Below, one piece after another: positions 17,209 through 27,396 of a DNA stretch of 50,903 nt; within the stretch, counting starts at the first letter, position 1, and every line of letters begins with the position of its first letter. The notes beneath the pieces were generated by a model. The model had not been told where the DNA came from, ran no database searches, and saw only the letters and a program-made list of their open reading frames with translations. The position numbers and the translations under genes are program-made. The DNA comes from Saprospiraceae bacterium (lineage in GTDB: Bacteria > Bacteroidota > Bacteroidia > Chitinophagales > Saprospiraceae): positions 1,160 through 52,062 of the forward strand of contig JBKBWT010000001.1 of the NCBI GenBank assembly GCA_046314415.1, given 5' to 3'.

Positions 17209-18396
17209 ATGACGCCTGTTTCTGTGCAGTCGCCTGGCAATAAGGCGCATATTGTGCCGCTAATCGTATTATCACAATTTGCGGGTACCTCGCTTTGGTT
17301 TGCTGGCAATGCGGTTTTAAATGATTTGCAACAGGCCTTGCATTTGGAAAATATGGTGGTAAGCCACGTTACTTCCGCCGTGCAATTCGGCTTTATCACC
17401 GGTACCTTGGTATTTGCATTGCTGACCATTTCGGATCGGTTTTCGCCTTCTAAAGTATTTTTTGCGTGTGCCCTGGCTGGAGCCGCTACGAATGTAGGGG
17501 TTTTATTTTTGGTAAAAAGTTTACCCTCGTTGCTTTTTTTCCGGGCGCTGACCGGCTTTTTTCTGGCAGGCATCTATCCCGTGGGCATGAAAATAGCGGC
17601 GGATTATCACGAAAAAGGCTTGGGTAAGTCCCTGGGGTATCTTGTCGGCGCCCTGGTATTGGGCACTGCATTTCCGCACCTGCTCAAAACGTTTACTTCC
17701 GGGCTATCCTGGCAATATGTTTTTGTTCTTACCTCAATTTTTGCCGCCGTGGGAGGCATTTTGGTTTTATTATTCATTGCGGATGGACCACATCGCAGCA
17801 TTAGCACACGATTTGATCCGACTGCCCTTTTTCGGGTCTTTCAAAATGGTGCATTTCGTTCGGCAGCATTCGGATACTTTGGGCATATGTGGGAATTATA
17901 TACTTTTTGGGCGCTGTTACCAATTTTATTACATTATTATAATGGAATTCATCCCGAAAGCCCAATTATGATATCCTTTTGGTCTTTTTTAATAATAGCC
18001 AGCGGCGCACCCGCCTGTGTAATAGGTGGTTACATCTCGCAAAAAATCGGCAGTGGCAAGGTGGCATTTGTCGCATTGCTGAGTTCCGGCGTTTGTTGTT
18101 TGCTATCGCCTTTGCTGTTTACGCTGCCAAGCCCTGTTTTCCTAGGCTTTCTCTTATTTTGGGGCATGACAGTAGTGGCTGATTCGCCGCAGTTTTCTAC
18201 GCTGGTGGCACAACGCGCCCCCAAAGCTTTTGCCGGCACGGCACTTACCATTTCAACTTCTATCGGCTTTGCCATTACGATTGTGAGTATGCAAACGCTG
18301 CAATGGCTGTCGGCGTGGGTAACGCCCCAATGGATTTACCTGTTTTTATTAGCTGGACCAGTTTTTGGATTGCTTGCGCTTTATAAATACAAGTGA
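17209..18396 (+). CDS. MFS transporter
   Basis: 395-aa ORF with about 12 TM segments. It has MFS-like loop motifs (FFRALTGFFLAGIYPVG). Confidence 0.8.
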   Translation: MTPVSVQSPGNKAHIVPLIVLSQFAGTSLWFAGNAVLNDLQQALHLENMVVSHVTSAVQFGFITGTLVFALLTISDRFSPSKVFFACALAGAATNVGVLFLVKSLPSLLFFRALTGFFLAGIYPVGMKIAADYHEKGLGKSLGYLVGALVLGTAFPHLLKTFTSGLSWQYVFVLTSIFAAVGGILVLLFIADGPHRSISTRFDPTALFRVFQNGAFRSAAFGYFGHMWELYTFWALLPILLHYYNGIHPESPIMISFWSFLIIASGAPACVIGGYISQKIGSGKVAFVALLSSGVCCLLSPLLFTLPSPVFLGFLLFWGMTVVADSPQFSTLVAQRAPKAFAGTALTISTSIGFAITIVSMQTLQWLSAWVTPQWIYLFLLAGPVFGLLALYKYK

Positions 18397-18496
18397 ATGT
18401 TCATAATTATTATTAAGCAAATATCATATTATAAATAGCTCTAATTAATAACTAATTCAATTATCAATACACCATTGTCAATTAAAATAAGGTAAG

Positions 18497-20302
18497 TTAT
18501 TCCAATGCATAAATTAATGCGACATAAGACGCAATGCACACATTTCCAATAAGTTGCTCGTTCGGTTTCACATCTCCGGCTTGAAAACCCAGGAATTCTT
18601 TATCGTATTTTTTATCATCACTGTTGAATAACAATTTCCAGGTGCCCGGCGCAGGAAATGGAATATTGAATGATTCATGGCTGCGATCGCGGAAATTCAA
18701 AATCACGACGATTCGATCCGACTGATCTGCTTTACTCCAGCGGGTATAAGCAATGATTTTTTCTTCGTAATCCAAGTGCAGCACTTGCGTAAATTGTCCG
18801 GTCAAGCCTGGTGTTTTACCATCCAAATTGCGACGCAGCCGAATCAAATCGCGGAATAATTGGAAAATACCGCGAAATTCTTTCAAGCGATTCCAATCAA
18901 TTGGGTCTGTATCCGAAAACCATTTATCTTCTAATAATGGCTGCCCTTGAAACACCATCGGAATACCCGGCGCGGTCATCATCAGCGCGGCACCCAGCAC
19001 GGTGCGCTTTTTGGCATAGTAATTATTGACATTGCCATTCGAGATTTCTTCCGGGAGACGCGCTTTGCCATTGGCAACCTCATCGTGCGATTCGGTGTAA
19101 ATCACGCGCTGGAAAGCGTCGTTGTTATAAGTGCGCATTAAAGCATGCCGAACTTTTTCCATATCCCGGTCGCCATCATAAATCACCGTCAACACATCGC
19201 GCACCGGATGCACAAAGTCAGCGTCCCACTGGGTCGTATAGCCGCAGCCGCCTGCTGCTACTTCCCTGGTAATAAAATCCATGCCGTGCAAATCCTCCGC
19301 AATTGTAATTTTATCAGGATATTTAGCAGCAATTTCACCGTTAATCCAGCGAATCAACTCATAGCCTTCCTTTAAATCATTCGACGGATTTTCATCGGCA
19401 TATACATTACGAATATAAGGCGTCATATCCATGCGCAAGCCGTCGCAGTGGCACTCTTCGAGCCACATCATGGCATTATCCCGAATGTATTGGCGCACTT
19501 CCGACCGACCATAGTCAGGACGCGTATGTCCCCAAGGCGTTTGCGCACGCCAGTCGTTGTAAAAATAAATGCCACCTAGGTTATTCTCCTGCCAACCATC
19601 AAATTGCCACAAATCTAAGTCACTGGGACCGAAGTGATTATACACTACATCCATGATGACGCCGATGCCAAAGCGATGACAGGCTTTGACAAAGTCTTTG
19701 AATGCATTGGGACCACCGTAAGTCGATTCAATCGCAAAAGGCAGGGCAGGATTATAACCCCAGGACAAATCCCCGGCAAATTCTGCCGCCGGCATTACTT
19801 CTACTGCATTGATTCCCAGCTTTTTAAGATAAGGCAAACGCTCTATGGCTGTACAGAAAGTACCCATTTTGCCGTTGCCGGGCGCATTGAAAGTGCCTAC
19901 GTGCAATTCATATATAACTAATTCATTGTGAGGCGGTAAGGTAAAGCTATCCCCTTCCCAGTTGAAGGCGTTCGGATCATAAATAATGGAGTTGCCCGCA
20001 GAATGCGTCACTGCACGGGCGTACGGGTCGTTGCGGCGCAAGCGCCGATTATCCTGAGTTATAATTAAATATTTATATTCATCTCCCGGCTTGGCTTTGG
20101 CTACATTCCCACTCCAATAACCATTATTTTCTTTATGTAAAGTGCTGGCTTTGCGCTCATTCCATTGATTAAAGCTGCCGATCACCCTTACTTCGCGGGC
20201 ATTAGGCGCCCACACCCTAAAGTGAACACCCTTGGCGTGGGGCATAGCGCCCATTCCCGCCATTTTAATGGGTTTAGTAAAATATTGTAAGATCGGTTTC
20301 AC
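18497..20302 (-). CDS. GH13 alpha-amylase family enzyme with an N-terminal CBM48-like domain (glycogen branching enzyme-like)
   Basis: 601-aa ORF. The N-terminus has VHFRVWAPNAREVRVIGSFNQWN. The GH13 conserved regions GVIMDVVYNHF, CDGLRMDM, IAEDLHG and YTESHDEVANGK are present. The track start is GTG, and an in-frame ATG alternative lies 13 codons downstream. Confidence 0.85.
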   Translation of the reverse strand: MKPILQYFTKPIKMAGMGAMPHAKGVHFRVWAPNAREVRVIGSFNQWNERKASTLHKENNGYWSGNVAKAKPGDEYKYLIITQDNRRLRRNDPYARAVTHSAGNSIIYDPNAFNWEGDSFTLPPHNELVIYELHVGTFNAPGNGKMGTFCTAIERLPYLKKLGINAVEVMPAAEFAGDLSWGYNPALPFAIESTYGGPNAFKDFVKACHRFGIGVIMDVVYNHFGPSDLDLWQFDGWQENNLGGIYFYNDWRAQTPWGHTRPDYGRSEVRQYIRDNAMMWLEECHCDGLRMDMTPYIRNVYADENPSNDLKEGYELIRWINGEIAAKYPDKITIAEDLHGMDFITREVAAGGCGYTTQWDADFVHPVRDVLTVIYDGDRDMEKVRHALMRTYNNDAFQRVIYTESHDEVANGKARLPEEISNGNVNNYYAKKRTVLGAALMMTAPGIPMVFQGQPLLEDKWFSDTDPIDWNRLKEFRGIFQLFRDLIRLRRNLDGKTPGLTGQFTQVLHLDYEEKIIAYTRWSKADQSDRIVVILNFRDRSHESFNIPFPAPGTWKLLFNSDDKKYDKEFLGFQAGDVKPNEQLIGNVCIASYVALIYALE

Positions 20303-20564
20303 TGGTCTGAATTGTCATAAATTAAATAAAAAGTCAATAAAAAAAACGCCCGTTGACGCCTTTTGTTCAATAATGTAATAAAGCACAAAGTTATTATTTA
20401 ATAATTATTATAATGTTTAAAAAATTGACTGTTAAAAATTAATATATATTTTACTCATAATCCTATCCTTTTTCTTGAACAAAGCATCCACTTGATACGC
20501 TCCATTCAAAATTGGAACGATTATTTATCATCAACATACATTTTAACCTGCAAAATAAAACCAT

Positions 20565-21422
20565 ATGGAAAAATCATCCCAATTTCCACCACAACAACAA
20601 TCGCAACAGCCGGGGTTACAAACGCAGATGCGCCCGGCACCGGAAATTATCCGCGACAATTACAAAGGCAGCGATAAGCTCAAAGGTAAGGTAGCCCTCA
20701 TCACTGGCGGAGACAGCGGCATCGGGCAATCTGCTGCCGTACATTTTGCACGCGAAGGCGCCGATATTGCCATTGTCTATCTCAATGAAAATGAAGATGC
20801 GCAAAATACCAAACGCATGATCGAAAAAGAAGGACGCCGTTGCATGCTGCTGGCGGGCGATCTGAAAGACCCACAATTTTGCAAGCATATTGTGGAACGA
20901 ACGGTAGATCAATTGGGGAAATTGGATATTCTGGTGAATAATGCCGCCGTGCAATTTCCGAAAGAAAACGTGGAAGATATTCGGGAAGATCAACTCGTAG
21001 AAACCTTCGAGACCAATATTTTCGCGATGTTTCACACCGTGAAAGCAGCCATGCAACACCTGCAAAAAGGGGCTTCGATTATTAATACCACTTCGGTGAC
21101 GGCTTACCGTGGGCACCAAACTTTGCTGGATTATGCTTCGACGAAAGGGGCGATTGTGGCGTTCACGCGTTCGCTGGCAGCCAACCTGGCTTCTAAAGGT
21201 ATCCGGGTCAACGGCGTTGCGCCGGGTCCGATCTGGACTCCGCTTATTCCTGCTACTTTCGACAAGGAAAAGGTGGCAAAATTTGGCGCCGATACCCCAC
21301 TGGGTCGCGCCGGTCAACCGTCAGAAGTAGCCCCGGCATACGTTTATTTGGCTTCCGAAGACTCGAGTTATGTAACGGGGCAGGTGCTGCACGTCAATGG
21401 TGGCGAGCCGACAGAGAGTTAA
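20565..21422 (+). CDS. SDR family oxidoreductase (YghA/YhxC general-stress type)
   Basis: 285-aa ORF. It has the TGGDSGIG cofactor motif, NNAA, and a catalytic Y..K in DYASTKGA. Confidence 0.9.
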   Translation: MEKSSQFPPQQQSQQPGLQTQMRPAPEIIRDNYKGSDKLKGKVALITGGDSGIGQSAAVHFAREGADIAIVYLNENEDAQNTKRMIEKEGRRCMLLAGDLKDPQFCKHIVERTVDQLGKLDILVNNAAVQFPKENVEDIREDQLVETFETNIFAMFHTVKAAMQHLQKGASIINTTSVTAYRGHQTLLDYASTKGAIVAFTRSLAANLASKGIRVNGVAPGPIWTPLIPATFDKEKVAKFGADTPLGRAGQPSEVAPAYVYLASEDSSYVTGQVLHVNGGEPTES

Positions 21423-21496
21423 GGAGGAATGAATAATGTAAGAATGAAAAGTTAATGAATTAAGAATTAAATTAATATTTATACATCATATCATAG

Positions 21497-21533
21497 AGCC
21501 TGTTTTCAAAGAAATTGGAGACAGGCTTTTAAT
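21497..21533 (+). terminator. rho-independent terminator after the SDR gene
   Basis: AGCCTGT ... ACAGGCT stem followed by TTTTAATT. Confidence 0.55.
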
Positions 21534-21629
21534 TAAAAAAATTAATACAAATCCCGTTATTTTATTAAAAGTGAATAACTCTTTTGCAATTTATAACAAA
21601 ACCGGTTATTCCGATATTTCTACAGATAA

Positions 21630-21661
21630 GTTATCCGAAATTTTATAAAATTTCGGATAAC
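21630..21661. terminator. perfect 32-bp palindrome GTTATCCGAAATTTTATAAAATTTCGGATAAC (probable terminator of the SSF gene, or a protein-binding site)
   Basis: Each half is the exact reverse complement of the other. It ends 9 nt downstream of the stop of the minus-strand SSF transporter gene. Confidence 0.5.
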
Positions 21662-21670
21662 TGCTATGCT

Positions 21671-23389
21671 TTAAAGCGAATTATTTACTGCTAAGTCATG
21701 TTTTTCAGGCGTTTTTATAAACATTTCTAAAATGAGCGCCAATATCATTACCAATCCGCAGCCAATAAAATTGAGCCAGAGGAATGCCACATTTTGAAAA
21801 AAGTATATGTATATCACCAGCGCTTCAGCGATGATAGCTGCAATAAAGACGGCGTTTCCGCCGATTTTTTTCAGAAAAAATGCCACGAAAAAGATGCCTA
21901 ATATAACGCCATAAAATAAAGAACCAATAATATTTACCGCTTGTATCAAATTTTCAAATTGCCGCGCCACGGCTGCAAAGCCCAGGGCAATGGCACCCCA
22001 GAGCACCGTGAATAGTTTAGACGCACGTAAATAATGTTTGTCGGTTTGATGTTTTACCCAGGAGCGCCGGTACAAATCAACGACGGTGGTAGTAGCCAAT
22101 GCGCTCAATTCGGATGCACTCGCCGACCAAGCGGCACAGAAAATGACTGCCAGCAATAATCCGACAATACCCACTGGCAAATAATTCACTACAAATGTAA
22201 GAAAAACATAATCAGTATCGCGCGTCGGCGTTTTCGCGTTTTGTTCTTTGATCAGGTCTTTTACTTCCTGGCGTACCTGCGCGTCTTGTTTTTTCAAATC
22301 CTGAATACGTGTGCGTGCTGCATCTACGGCTGTATCATCCTTTTTTTCAATATGATTCAGCAATTGACGCAGTTCTATCTGCTGCTGGTTAAAAATAGCC
22401 GTATGCCGCTGTTCCAATTCATTGTAGCGCACTTCCGCCGGCGTATTTTTTAGTTGGTCAATGTTGGCTTGAATAAAATGAACGGGGGGTTTATTAAATT
22501 GAAAAAAGACAAATACTAAAATACCAATAAATAATATAATAAATTGCATAGGCACTTTAAATATGCCATTAAACAACAATCCTAAACGACTCTCCGTCAA
22601 TGACTTACCTGATAAATAGCGCTGTACTTGCGATTGATCCGTGCCAAAATAAGACATGAATAAAAATACGCTGGCGAACATCCCTGTCCAGAAATTATAG
22701 CGGTCATTCCAGTCAAAACCAAAATTGACGGTATTCAGCTTGTCCATTTTACCGGCAATATTCACGGCGTCCCCAAAGCTAATATCGGCGGGCAGTTTGG
22801 AAAAAATCATGAGCGCCGCCACGATAAGCCCCGTCCAAATGACCAGTACTTGTTGCTGTTGGGTAACACTCACCGCTTTCGTTCCGCCCGCTACCGTGTA
22901 CATTATCACGAAGATACCCATAAAGAAAATAGTATAATTGAGCGACCAACCGAGTAGCGTAGAGAGCACAATGCTGGGAGCATAAATGGTCAACCCCGCT
23001 GCCAGTCCACGTTGGGTGAGAAATAGCAGCGCAGTAAGGGTACGGGTTTTGAGGTCGAAGCGACTTTCGAGGTATTCGTACGCCGTGTAAACCTTGAGGC
23101 GATAATAAATAGGAATTACTACAATACATAAGATCACCATTGCCAAGGGCATACCAAAATAAAATTGCACAAAACGCATCCCATCGTCGTACGCCTGCCC
23201 TGGTGTGGAGAGGAATGTGATAGCGCTGGCCTGCGTTGCCATGATGGAAAGCCCAATCGCCCACCATTTCATATCGTCATCCCCGCGTAGATAACTTTTG
23301 ACCGTATTCACATTACGGGTTTTCCAAATACCATACGACACAATCGCCAACAAAGTGCCCAGCATTACAATCCAGTCAAGGGTATTCAT
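21671..23389 (-). CDS. sodium:solute symporter (SSF) family transporter
   Basis: 572-aa ORF with about 13-14 TM segments. The SSF-like N-terminal region reads GIWKTRNVNTVKSYLRGDDDMKWWAIGLSIMATQASAITFLSTPG. Confidence 0.85.
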   Translation of the reverse strand: MNTLDWIVMLGTLLAIVSYGIWKTRNVNTVKSYLRGDDDMKWWAIGLSIMATQASAITFLSTPGQAYDDGMRFVQFYFGMPLAMVILCIVVIPIYYRLKVYTAYEYLESRFDLKTRTLTALLFLTQRGLAAGLTIYAPSIVLSTLLGWSLNYTIFFMGIFVIMYTVAGGTKAVSVTQQQQVLVIWTGLIVAALMIFSKLPADISFGDAVNIAGKMDKLNTVNFGFDWNDRYNFWTGMFASVFLFMSYFGTDQSQVQRYLSGKSLTESRLGLLFNGIFKVPMQFIILFIGILVFVFFQFNKPPVHFIQANIDQLKNTPAEVRYNELEQRHTAIFNQQQIELRQLLNHIEKKDDTAVDAARTRIQDLKKQDAQVRQEVKDLIKEQNAKTPTRDTDYVFLTFVVNYLPVGIVGLLLAVIFCAAWSASASELSALATTTVVDLYRRSWVKHQTDKHYLRASKLFTVLWGAIALGFAAVARQFENLIQAVNIIGSLFYGVILGIFFVAFFLKKIGGNAVFIAAIIAEALVIYIYFFQNVAFLWLNFIGCGLVMILALILEMFIKTPEKHDLAVNNSL

Positions 23390-23455
23390 GTTTTTTGTTA
23401 TCTGTTATAAATGATTTATCAAAGGATTATACAAGTTTTACTGCTTAAAAATACT

Positions 23456-23602
23456 TCAAGCATAAGCTATTTTCAATAAATAAAAAAGGAGGACAATCAC
23501 GGCGTGGAGCACGAGCACAAAAATGTAGAGTTGCCGCCAAGTCTGAAAAACGGGCGGTTTTGTGTCGTTGGTTGGTGTTGGTTGGGCTGAAGGTGCTTGC
23601 AT
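23456..23602 (-). CDS. possible small (48-aa) single-pass membrane protein upstream of the SSF transporter
   Basis: My own translation is MQAPSAQPTPTNDTKPPVFQTWRQLYIFVLVLHAVIVLLFYLLKIAYA. It is on the same strand, 66 nt upstream of the SSF start, and below the ORF-track size cutoff. Confidence 0.35.
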   Translation of the reverse strand: MQAPSAQPTPTNDTKPPVFQTWRQLYIFVLVLHAVIVLLFYLLKIAYA

Positions 23603-23676
23603 TTCGACTATTTTAATGCCAAAAATAGCCGAATGCCTGGGATTCGCGTAGCTTTTAACACTTCTTAACGAATATT

Positions 23677-23754
23677 GGTACTAGGTATTTGGTATTTGGT
23701 ATTTGGTACTGGGTATTTAGTAGTAGGTAAATGGTAAATAGAAAATGGTAAATG
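23677..23754. repeat. low-complexity heptamer block (GGTATTT / GGTAAAT variants)
   Basis: The sequence ggtactaggtatttggtatttggtatttggtactgggtatttag...ggtaaatggtaaatagaaaatggtaaatg was read directly. Confidence 0.85.
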
Positions 23755-23762
23755 CTGAGATA

Positions 23763-24581
23763 TTAACTGTAATTTTTTAATTCTGGTTCGGTTTTTTCTG
23801 GTGAAGGCTCAGAGAGCAATTCATCCAGGTTCAAATCAGCGACAGAATTTACAATCAAATCCGGGCTGAACGGATAGCGATTCAAGTCTTCACGTTTGGA
23901 AACGCCTGATAATGTTAGGATTGTACGGTAGCCCACCTGAATGCCGCCTAGAATATCCGTGTCCAACGTGTCGCCAATCATGGTAGTATCCGCTGTTTCA
24001 AGCCCTAATTTTTTACGCGCCACGCGCATCATCACGGGGCTGGGTTTGCCTACCGAAAATGCCTTGATGCCGGTCGCTTCTTCGATCATCGAAATGACTG
24101 CCTTGATGCCGAGATTGGTCCAGCCTTTTTTCATAGGCGAGGGGTCAAGGTTGGTTGCAACCAGTTTGGAGCCTTCCAGAATCATGTCCACTGCATGGTT
24201 GACCATTTCCAAGGTAAAATTGCGTCCTTCGCCAACGACCACAAAATCAGGGTTTTGCATCACCAAAGAGTAGCCATTTTCGTGCAAGCTATTGATCAAT
24301 CCGCCTTCGCCGAGCACATACGCGGTGCCGTGCGGTTTTTGTCGCGCCAGAAACCAACCTGTTGCCATAGCGCTGGTAAACACATTATTTTCCTGTGCTT
24401 CGATGCCCAAACCCGCGAGTTTATTGACCACATCGCGTGGCGTACGCTGACTGTTATTGGTCAAAAAAAGAAAGGGGATGTTGCGCTTTTGCAATTCACC
24501 AATGAATTTGTCCGCGCCAGGAATAAGCGTATTGCCGCCATAAATAACGCCGTCCATGTCAATCAAAAAACCGTGTCGCAT
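23763..24581 (-). CDS. HAD-IIA family hydrolase (NagD-like sugar phosphatase)
   Basis: 272-aa ORF. It has the FLIDMDGV nucleophile motif, LTNNS, and GKPSP...GDTLDTDI. Confidence 0.85.
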   Translation of the reverse strand: MRHGFLIDMDGVIYGGNTLIPGADKFIGELQKRNIPFLFLTNNSQRTPRDVVNKLAGLGIEAQENNVFTSAMATGWFLARQKPHGTAYVLGEGGLINSLHENGYSLVMQNPDFVVVGEGRNFTLEMVNHAVDMILEGSKLVATNLDPSPMKKGWTNLGIKAVISMIEEATGIKAFSVGKPSPVMMRVARKKLGLETADTTMIGDTLDTDILGGIQVGYRTILTLSGVSKREDLNRYPFSPDLIVNSVADLNLDELLSEPSPEKTEPELKNYS

Positions 24582-24621
24582 AATAGTAGTTCGTTTTTAA
24601 TAGCAAAAATGTATAATATTC

Positions 24622-24789
24622 TTAATCCTTATTTAAATTATTGAGTTCTTTTTGTAATAATTTGACTTGCCGCTGGCTTTTAAAGGATTTATTTACTAAA
24701 CGAAATAAAATCCGCACGGGAATCCCTACGGATAAGACCGCCAGCAATGCGTTTAACACCTCCGCACTAAATAAAATGGAATCATTCAT
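24622..24789 (-). CDS. possible small (55-aa) membrane-associated protein
   Basis: My own translation is MNDSILFSAEVLNALLAVLSVGIPVRILFRLVNKSFKSQRQVKLLQKELNNLNKD. It is 40 nt upstream of the HAD gene on the same strand. It competes with the + strand track ORF 24641..24916, which looks less protein-like. Confidence 0.25.
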   Translation of the reverse strand: MNDSILFSAEVLNALLAVLSVGIPVRILFRLVNKSFKSQRQVKLLQKELNNLNKD

Positions 24790-24937
24790 AGCCATTCATT
24801 TAACGGTAAGCAATTATATTCAAATTAAAACAATTCTAGCCATATTTTTCCCTGACTTTTTAAGAAAGCCTGGATTTTCGTGCAAATTTTCGGTATCTTG
24901 TGATCAACCAAATTAAAAACCAAAATTTTTACTTACC

Positions 24938-26017
24938 ATGATTGCTACCAAAAATACCTCCATTGAAGCCATTTTGGGCGAAGACGCAGCTTATCTGCTG
25001 GACCATACAAGCAAAACGATTCCCAAAGCGCAGCTACATGCGCCTACCCCTGACCCGGTGCAGGATGTGTACACGCATTCCAGCCGCAATCCACAGACGC
25101 TGCGCAGCCTCGGACAATTATTCAACACCGGAAGACTGGCGGGTACGGGTTATCTTTCCATTTTGCCTGTAGATCAAGGGATTGAGCATAGTGCGGGCGC
25201 TTCCTTTGCCCCGAATCCGATTTATTTTGATCCGGAGCATATTTTAAAACTAGCGATTGAAGGCGGCTGCAATGCGGTGGCGACTACTTTCGGCGGCTTG
25301 GCATTGTACGCCCGAAAATATGCGCATCGCATTCCGTTTATTGTAAAAATCAATCACAATGAGCTACTTACATATCCCAATAAATTTGATCAGAAAATGT
25401 TTGGCTCCGTACAGGAGGCGTGGAACTTAGGCGCAGTAGCCGTTGGCGCTACAATTTACTTTGGTTCGGATGAATCGGGGCGGCAAATCGAGGAAGTGGG
25501 GATGGCTTTTGAAGAAGCGCATAGCCTGGGCATGGCAACGATTTTATGGTGCTACATTCGCAACGATGCATTTAAAAAAGACAAGGATTATCATGTGTCT
25601 GCCGATCTGACCGGTCAGGCAAATCACCTCGGCGTTACCTTGCAAGCCGACATTATCAAACAAAAATTGCCGGAAAATAATGGTGGCTTCACCGCATTAA
25701 ACACGGGCGGCTCCGCTTACGGCAAACTCGATAAGCGCATTTACTCGCAGCTCACCTCCGACCATCCAATTGATTTGTGCCGCTATCAGGTCGCCAATTG
25801 TTACATGGGCAAGATTCCACTCATCAATTCCGGTGGGGCTTCGGCGGGTGAAAGTGATTTAAAGGAAGCGGTCAAAACAGCGGTTATCAACAAACGCGCG
25901 GGCGGCAGCGGGCTTATCTCCGGTCGAAAGGCTTTCCAGCGTCCATTTGAAGAGGGCGCGCGATTGCTGCAAGCCATTCAGGATGTGTATTTGGATGAAA
26001 GTATTGATCTGGCTTAA
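24938..26017 (+). CDS. fbaB: class I fructose-bisphosphate aldolase (DhnA/FbaB type)
   Basis: 359-aa ORF that is near-collinear with E. coli FbaB as I remember it. Shared segments include [44 protein letters not shown] and [19 protein letters not shown]. Confidence 0.92.
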   Translation: MIATKNTSIEAILGEDAAYLLDHTSKTIPKAQLHAPTPDPVQDVYTHSSRNPQTLRSLGQLFNTGRLAGTGYLSILPVDQGIEHSAGASFAPNPIYFDPEHILKLAIEGGCNAVATTFGGLALYARKYAHRIPFIVKINHNELLTYPNKFDQKMFGSVQEAWNLGAVAVGATIYFGSDESGRQIEEVGMAFEEAHSLGMATILWCYIRNDAFKKDKDYHVSADLTGQANHLGVTLQADIIKQKLPENNGGFTALNTGGSAYGKLDKRIYSQLTSDHPIDLCRYQVANCYMGKIPLINSGGASAGESDLKEAVKTAVINKRAGGSGLISGRKAFQRPFEEGARLLQAIQDVYLDESIDLA

Positions 26018-26042
26018 AAATATTACATCCAATATAATTCAA

Positions 26043-26073
26043 ATTGTGGCACATTTAAAGCATGTGCCACAAT
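26043..26073. terminator. bidirectional terminator hairpin between fbaB and the DUF1003 gene
   Basis: ATTGTGGCACAT / ATGTGCCACAAT forms a perfect 12-bp stem with a 7-nt loop and A/T-rich flanks. Confidence 0.6.
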
Positions 26074-26134
26074 TATTTAAAAAGCGCGTTTTTATTAAAA
26101 CGCAATATAATAATTAACATAAATTTTATAAAAC

Positions 26135-26662
26135 CTATTCCTTTTCCTGTTTCGTAATGCGTTCCATGGTATCCATCACTTTCTCTGGATGAACATCTTT
26201 AGACAATTCTTCGATCTCACTATTATAAGCGTCTTCAATCTCCATTTTTTTTGCGATAGCGGTCACCAACGTAATCAAGCGAGTAATTTCGTGCTCTGCC
26301 AGCAGACTCACTTGCAGGTCGAGTTCAGCCCGCTTATTAGATTGTTCTGCCATGCGATTCTGACTGATTAACACGAAAGTAGAAAGGAAAATAGCTTCCA
26401 CAGAAGCAAACATCGCCAGTACCACAAACGAAGGATCAAACGGCCCCAAGCCTAAAATGCCTGCATTCCAGAGTATCCACGTACCGAAAATCCCCAGGTG
26501 TAAATAAACAAAAAACATGCTGCCGGTAAAGCGGGTCACCAGATCAGCTAGTTTTTCCTCCTTCGTTTTACTTGCTTCCTCCTGTTTTCGTCGTTGCAAA
26601 AGCGCATCAATATTGCGCTCTACAACGTAGGTCAGGTTAGCTGTGCTATTATTATCAGACAT
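26135..26662 (-). CDS. DUF1003 domain-containing membrane protein
   Basis: 175-aa ORF with two TM helices followed by LISQNRMAEQSNKRAELDLQVSLLAEHEI. This matches the DUF1003 pattern. Confidence 0.8.
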   Translation of the reverse strand: MSDNNSTANLTYVVERNIDALLQRRKQEEASKTKEEKLADLVTRFTGSMFFVYLHLGIFGTWILWNAGILGLGPFDPSFVVLAMFASVEAIFLSTFVLISQNRMAEQSNKRAELDLQVSLLAEHEITRLITLVTAIAKKMEIEDAYNSEIEELSKDVHPEKVMDTMERITKQEKE

Positions 26663-27220
26663 AGCGTCTTTTTGTCAGTTTATAATTATCTCTTTAATCA
26701 TAATGCATGCCTCAGATTGCAATACATTGGTTTTCAAAGCATTAATTAACAATAAGTTCCTGATTCGTAAATATTAATATATCTAAACACTCAATATAAT
26801 ATATAATAAAATAAAAATATTATGTACTATATAAGCCTTCGAACCGGATCAAACTTTTATAAAACAAAATATGCAGTCTCCTGACGCCAAAACATCCGGT
26901 TATTTCTTTGATATATTACATAAGTAATAATTAAACGATGTAAAGTCTTGCGAATCAAATATCCATAGGGAAACATAGAAAAAAGAAGCGCGCGCCTAAA
27001 AACACTGCATATTTTCTACATGCCTATGTAATAGGAAGATTAAAAAAATTATGCCTTCTTTACAGTAGTAAAAATGTTAGCTTTTCAACTGCGAGTATAG
27101 GTTGATTTTGGGTCATCTTTATTATAAATGCACTTTTCTGGCTGAAGCGTTTAAAAAGTTATTTACATTACCTATAGTAACTCAATAAGGACGCTAGTGC
27201 AGTAAAACTGTAAGTTGTTT

Positions 27221-27252
27221 AAAGGTGAGCTATGTACTCACCTTTAATTTTT
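27221..27252 (+). terminator. orphan rho-independent terminator (no annotated upstream ORF)
   Basis: AAAGGTGAG / CTCACCTTT forms a perfect 9-bp stem with a 7-nt loop. AATTTTTGG follows on the + strand only. Confidence 0.55.
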
Positions 27253-27360
27253 GGTTAATGTAATAAGTCCTTTTGTTATGAACATAATTTATATCATATT
27301 TTAAGTTAAATAAATTAATTTAAAATATAGTATAAGTTTTAATCATGAGTATGAATACGA

Positions 27361-27396
27361 CTGGTGGGCACCCAATGGTGCCTGCCAGTTTTTTTT
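27361..27396 (+). terminator. orphan rho-independent terminator (no annotated upstream ORF)
   Basis: CTGGTGGGCACC caat GGTGCCTGCCAG forms a 12-bp stem. Its two non-Watson-Crick pairs are G-U on the + strand but C-A on the - strand. Eight Ts follow. Confidence 0.7.

Noticed and set aside
20616-21317. 233-aa antisense ORF inside the SDR gene, with similar long shadow ORFs at 48945..49538, 5540..6097, 4388..4846, 28658..29026, 24195..24644, 15182..15559 and 17187..17573
   Set aside because: Each lies opposite or overlapping a confidently identified gene and has Arg/Ser/Cys-rich low-quality composition with no recognisable motifs. These are typical shadow ORFs of biased or repetitive coding sequence.
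22779-23267. 162-aa same-strand alternative-frame ORF inside the SSF transporter gene
   Set aside because: It is fully nested in a 572-aa ORF with clear SSF features. Its composition is not protein-like, and nothing suggests a frameshift.
24641-24916. 91-aa plus-strand ORF between the HAD gene and fbaB
   Set aside because: It has a non-ATG start and odd composition, and it runs through the fbaB promoter region. The minus-strand 55-aa ORF is a marginally better candidate, though also weak.
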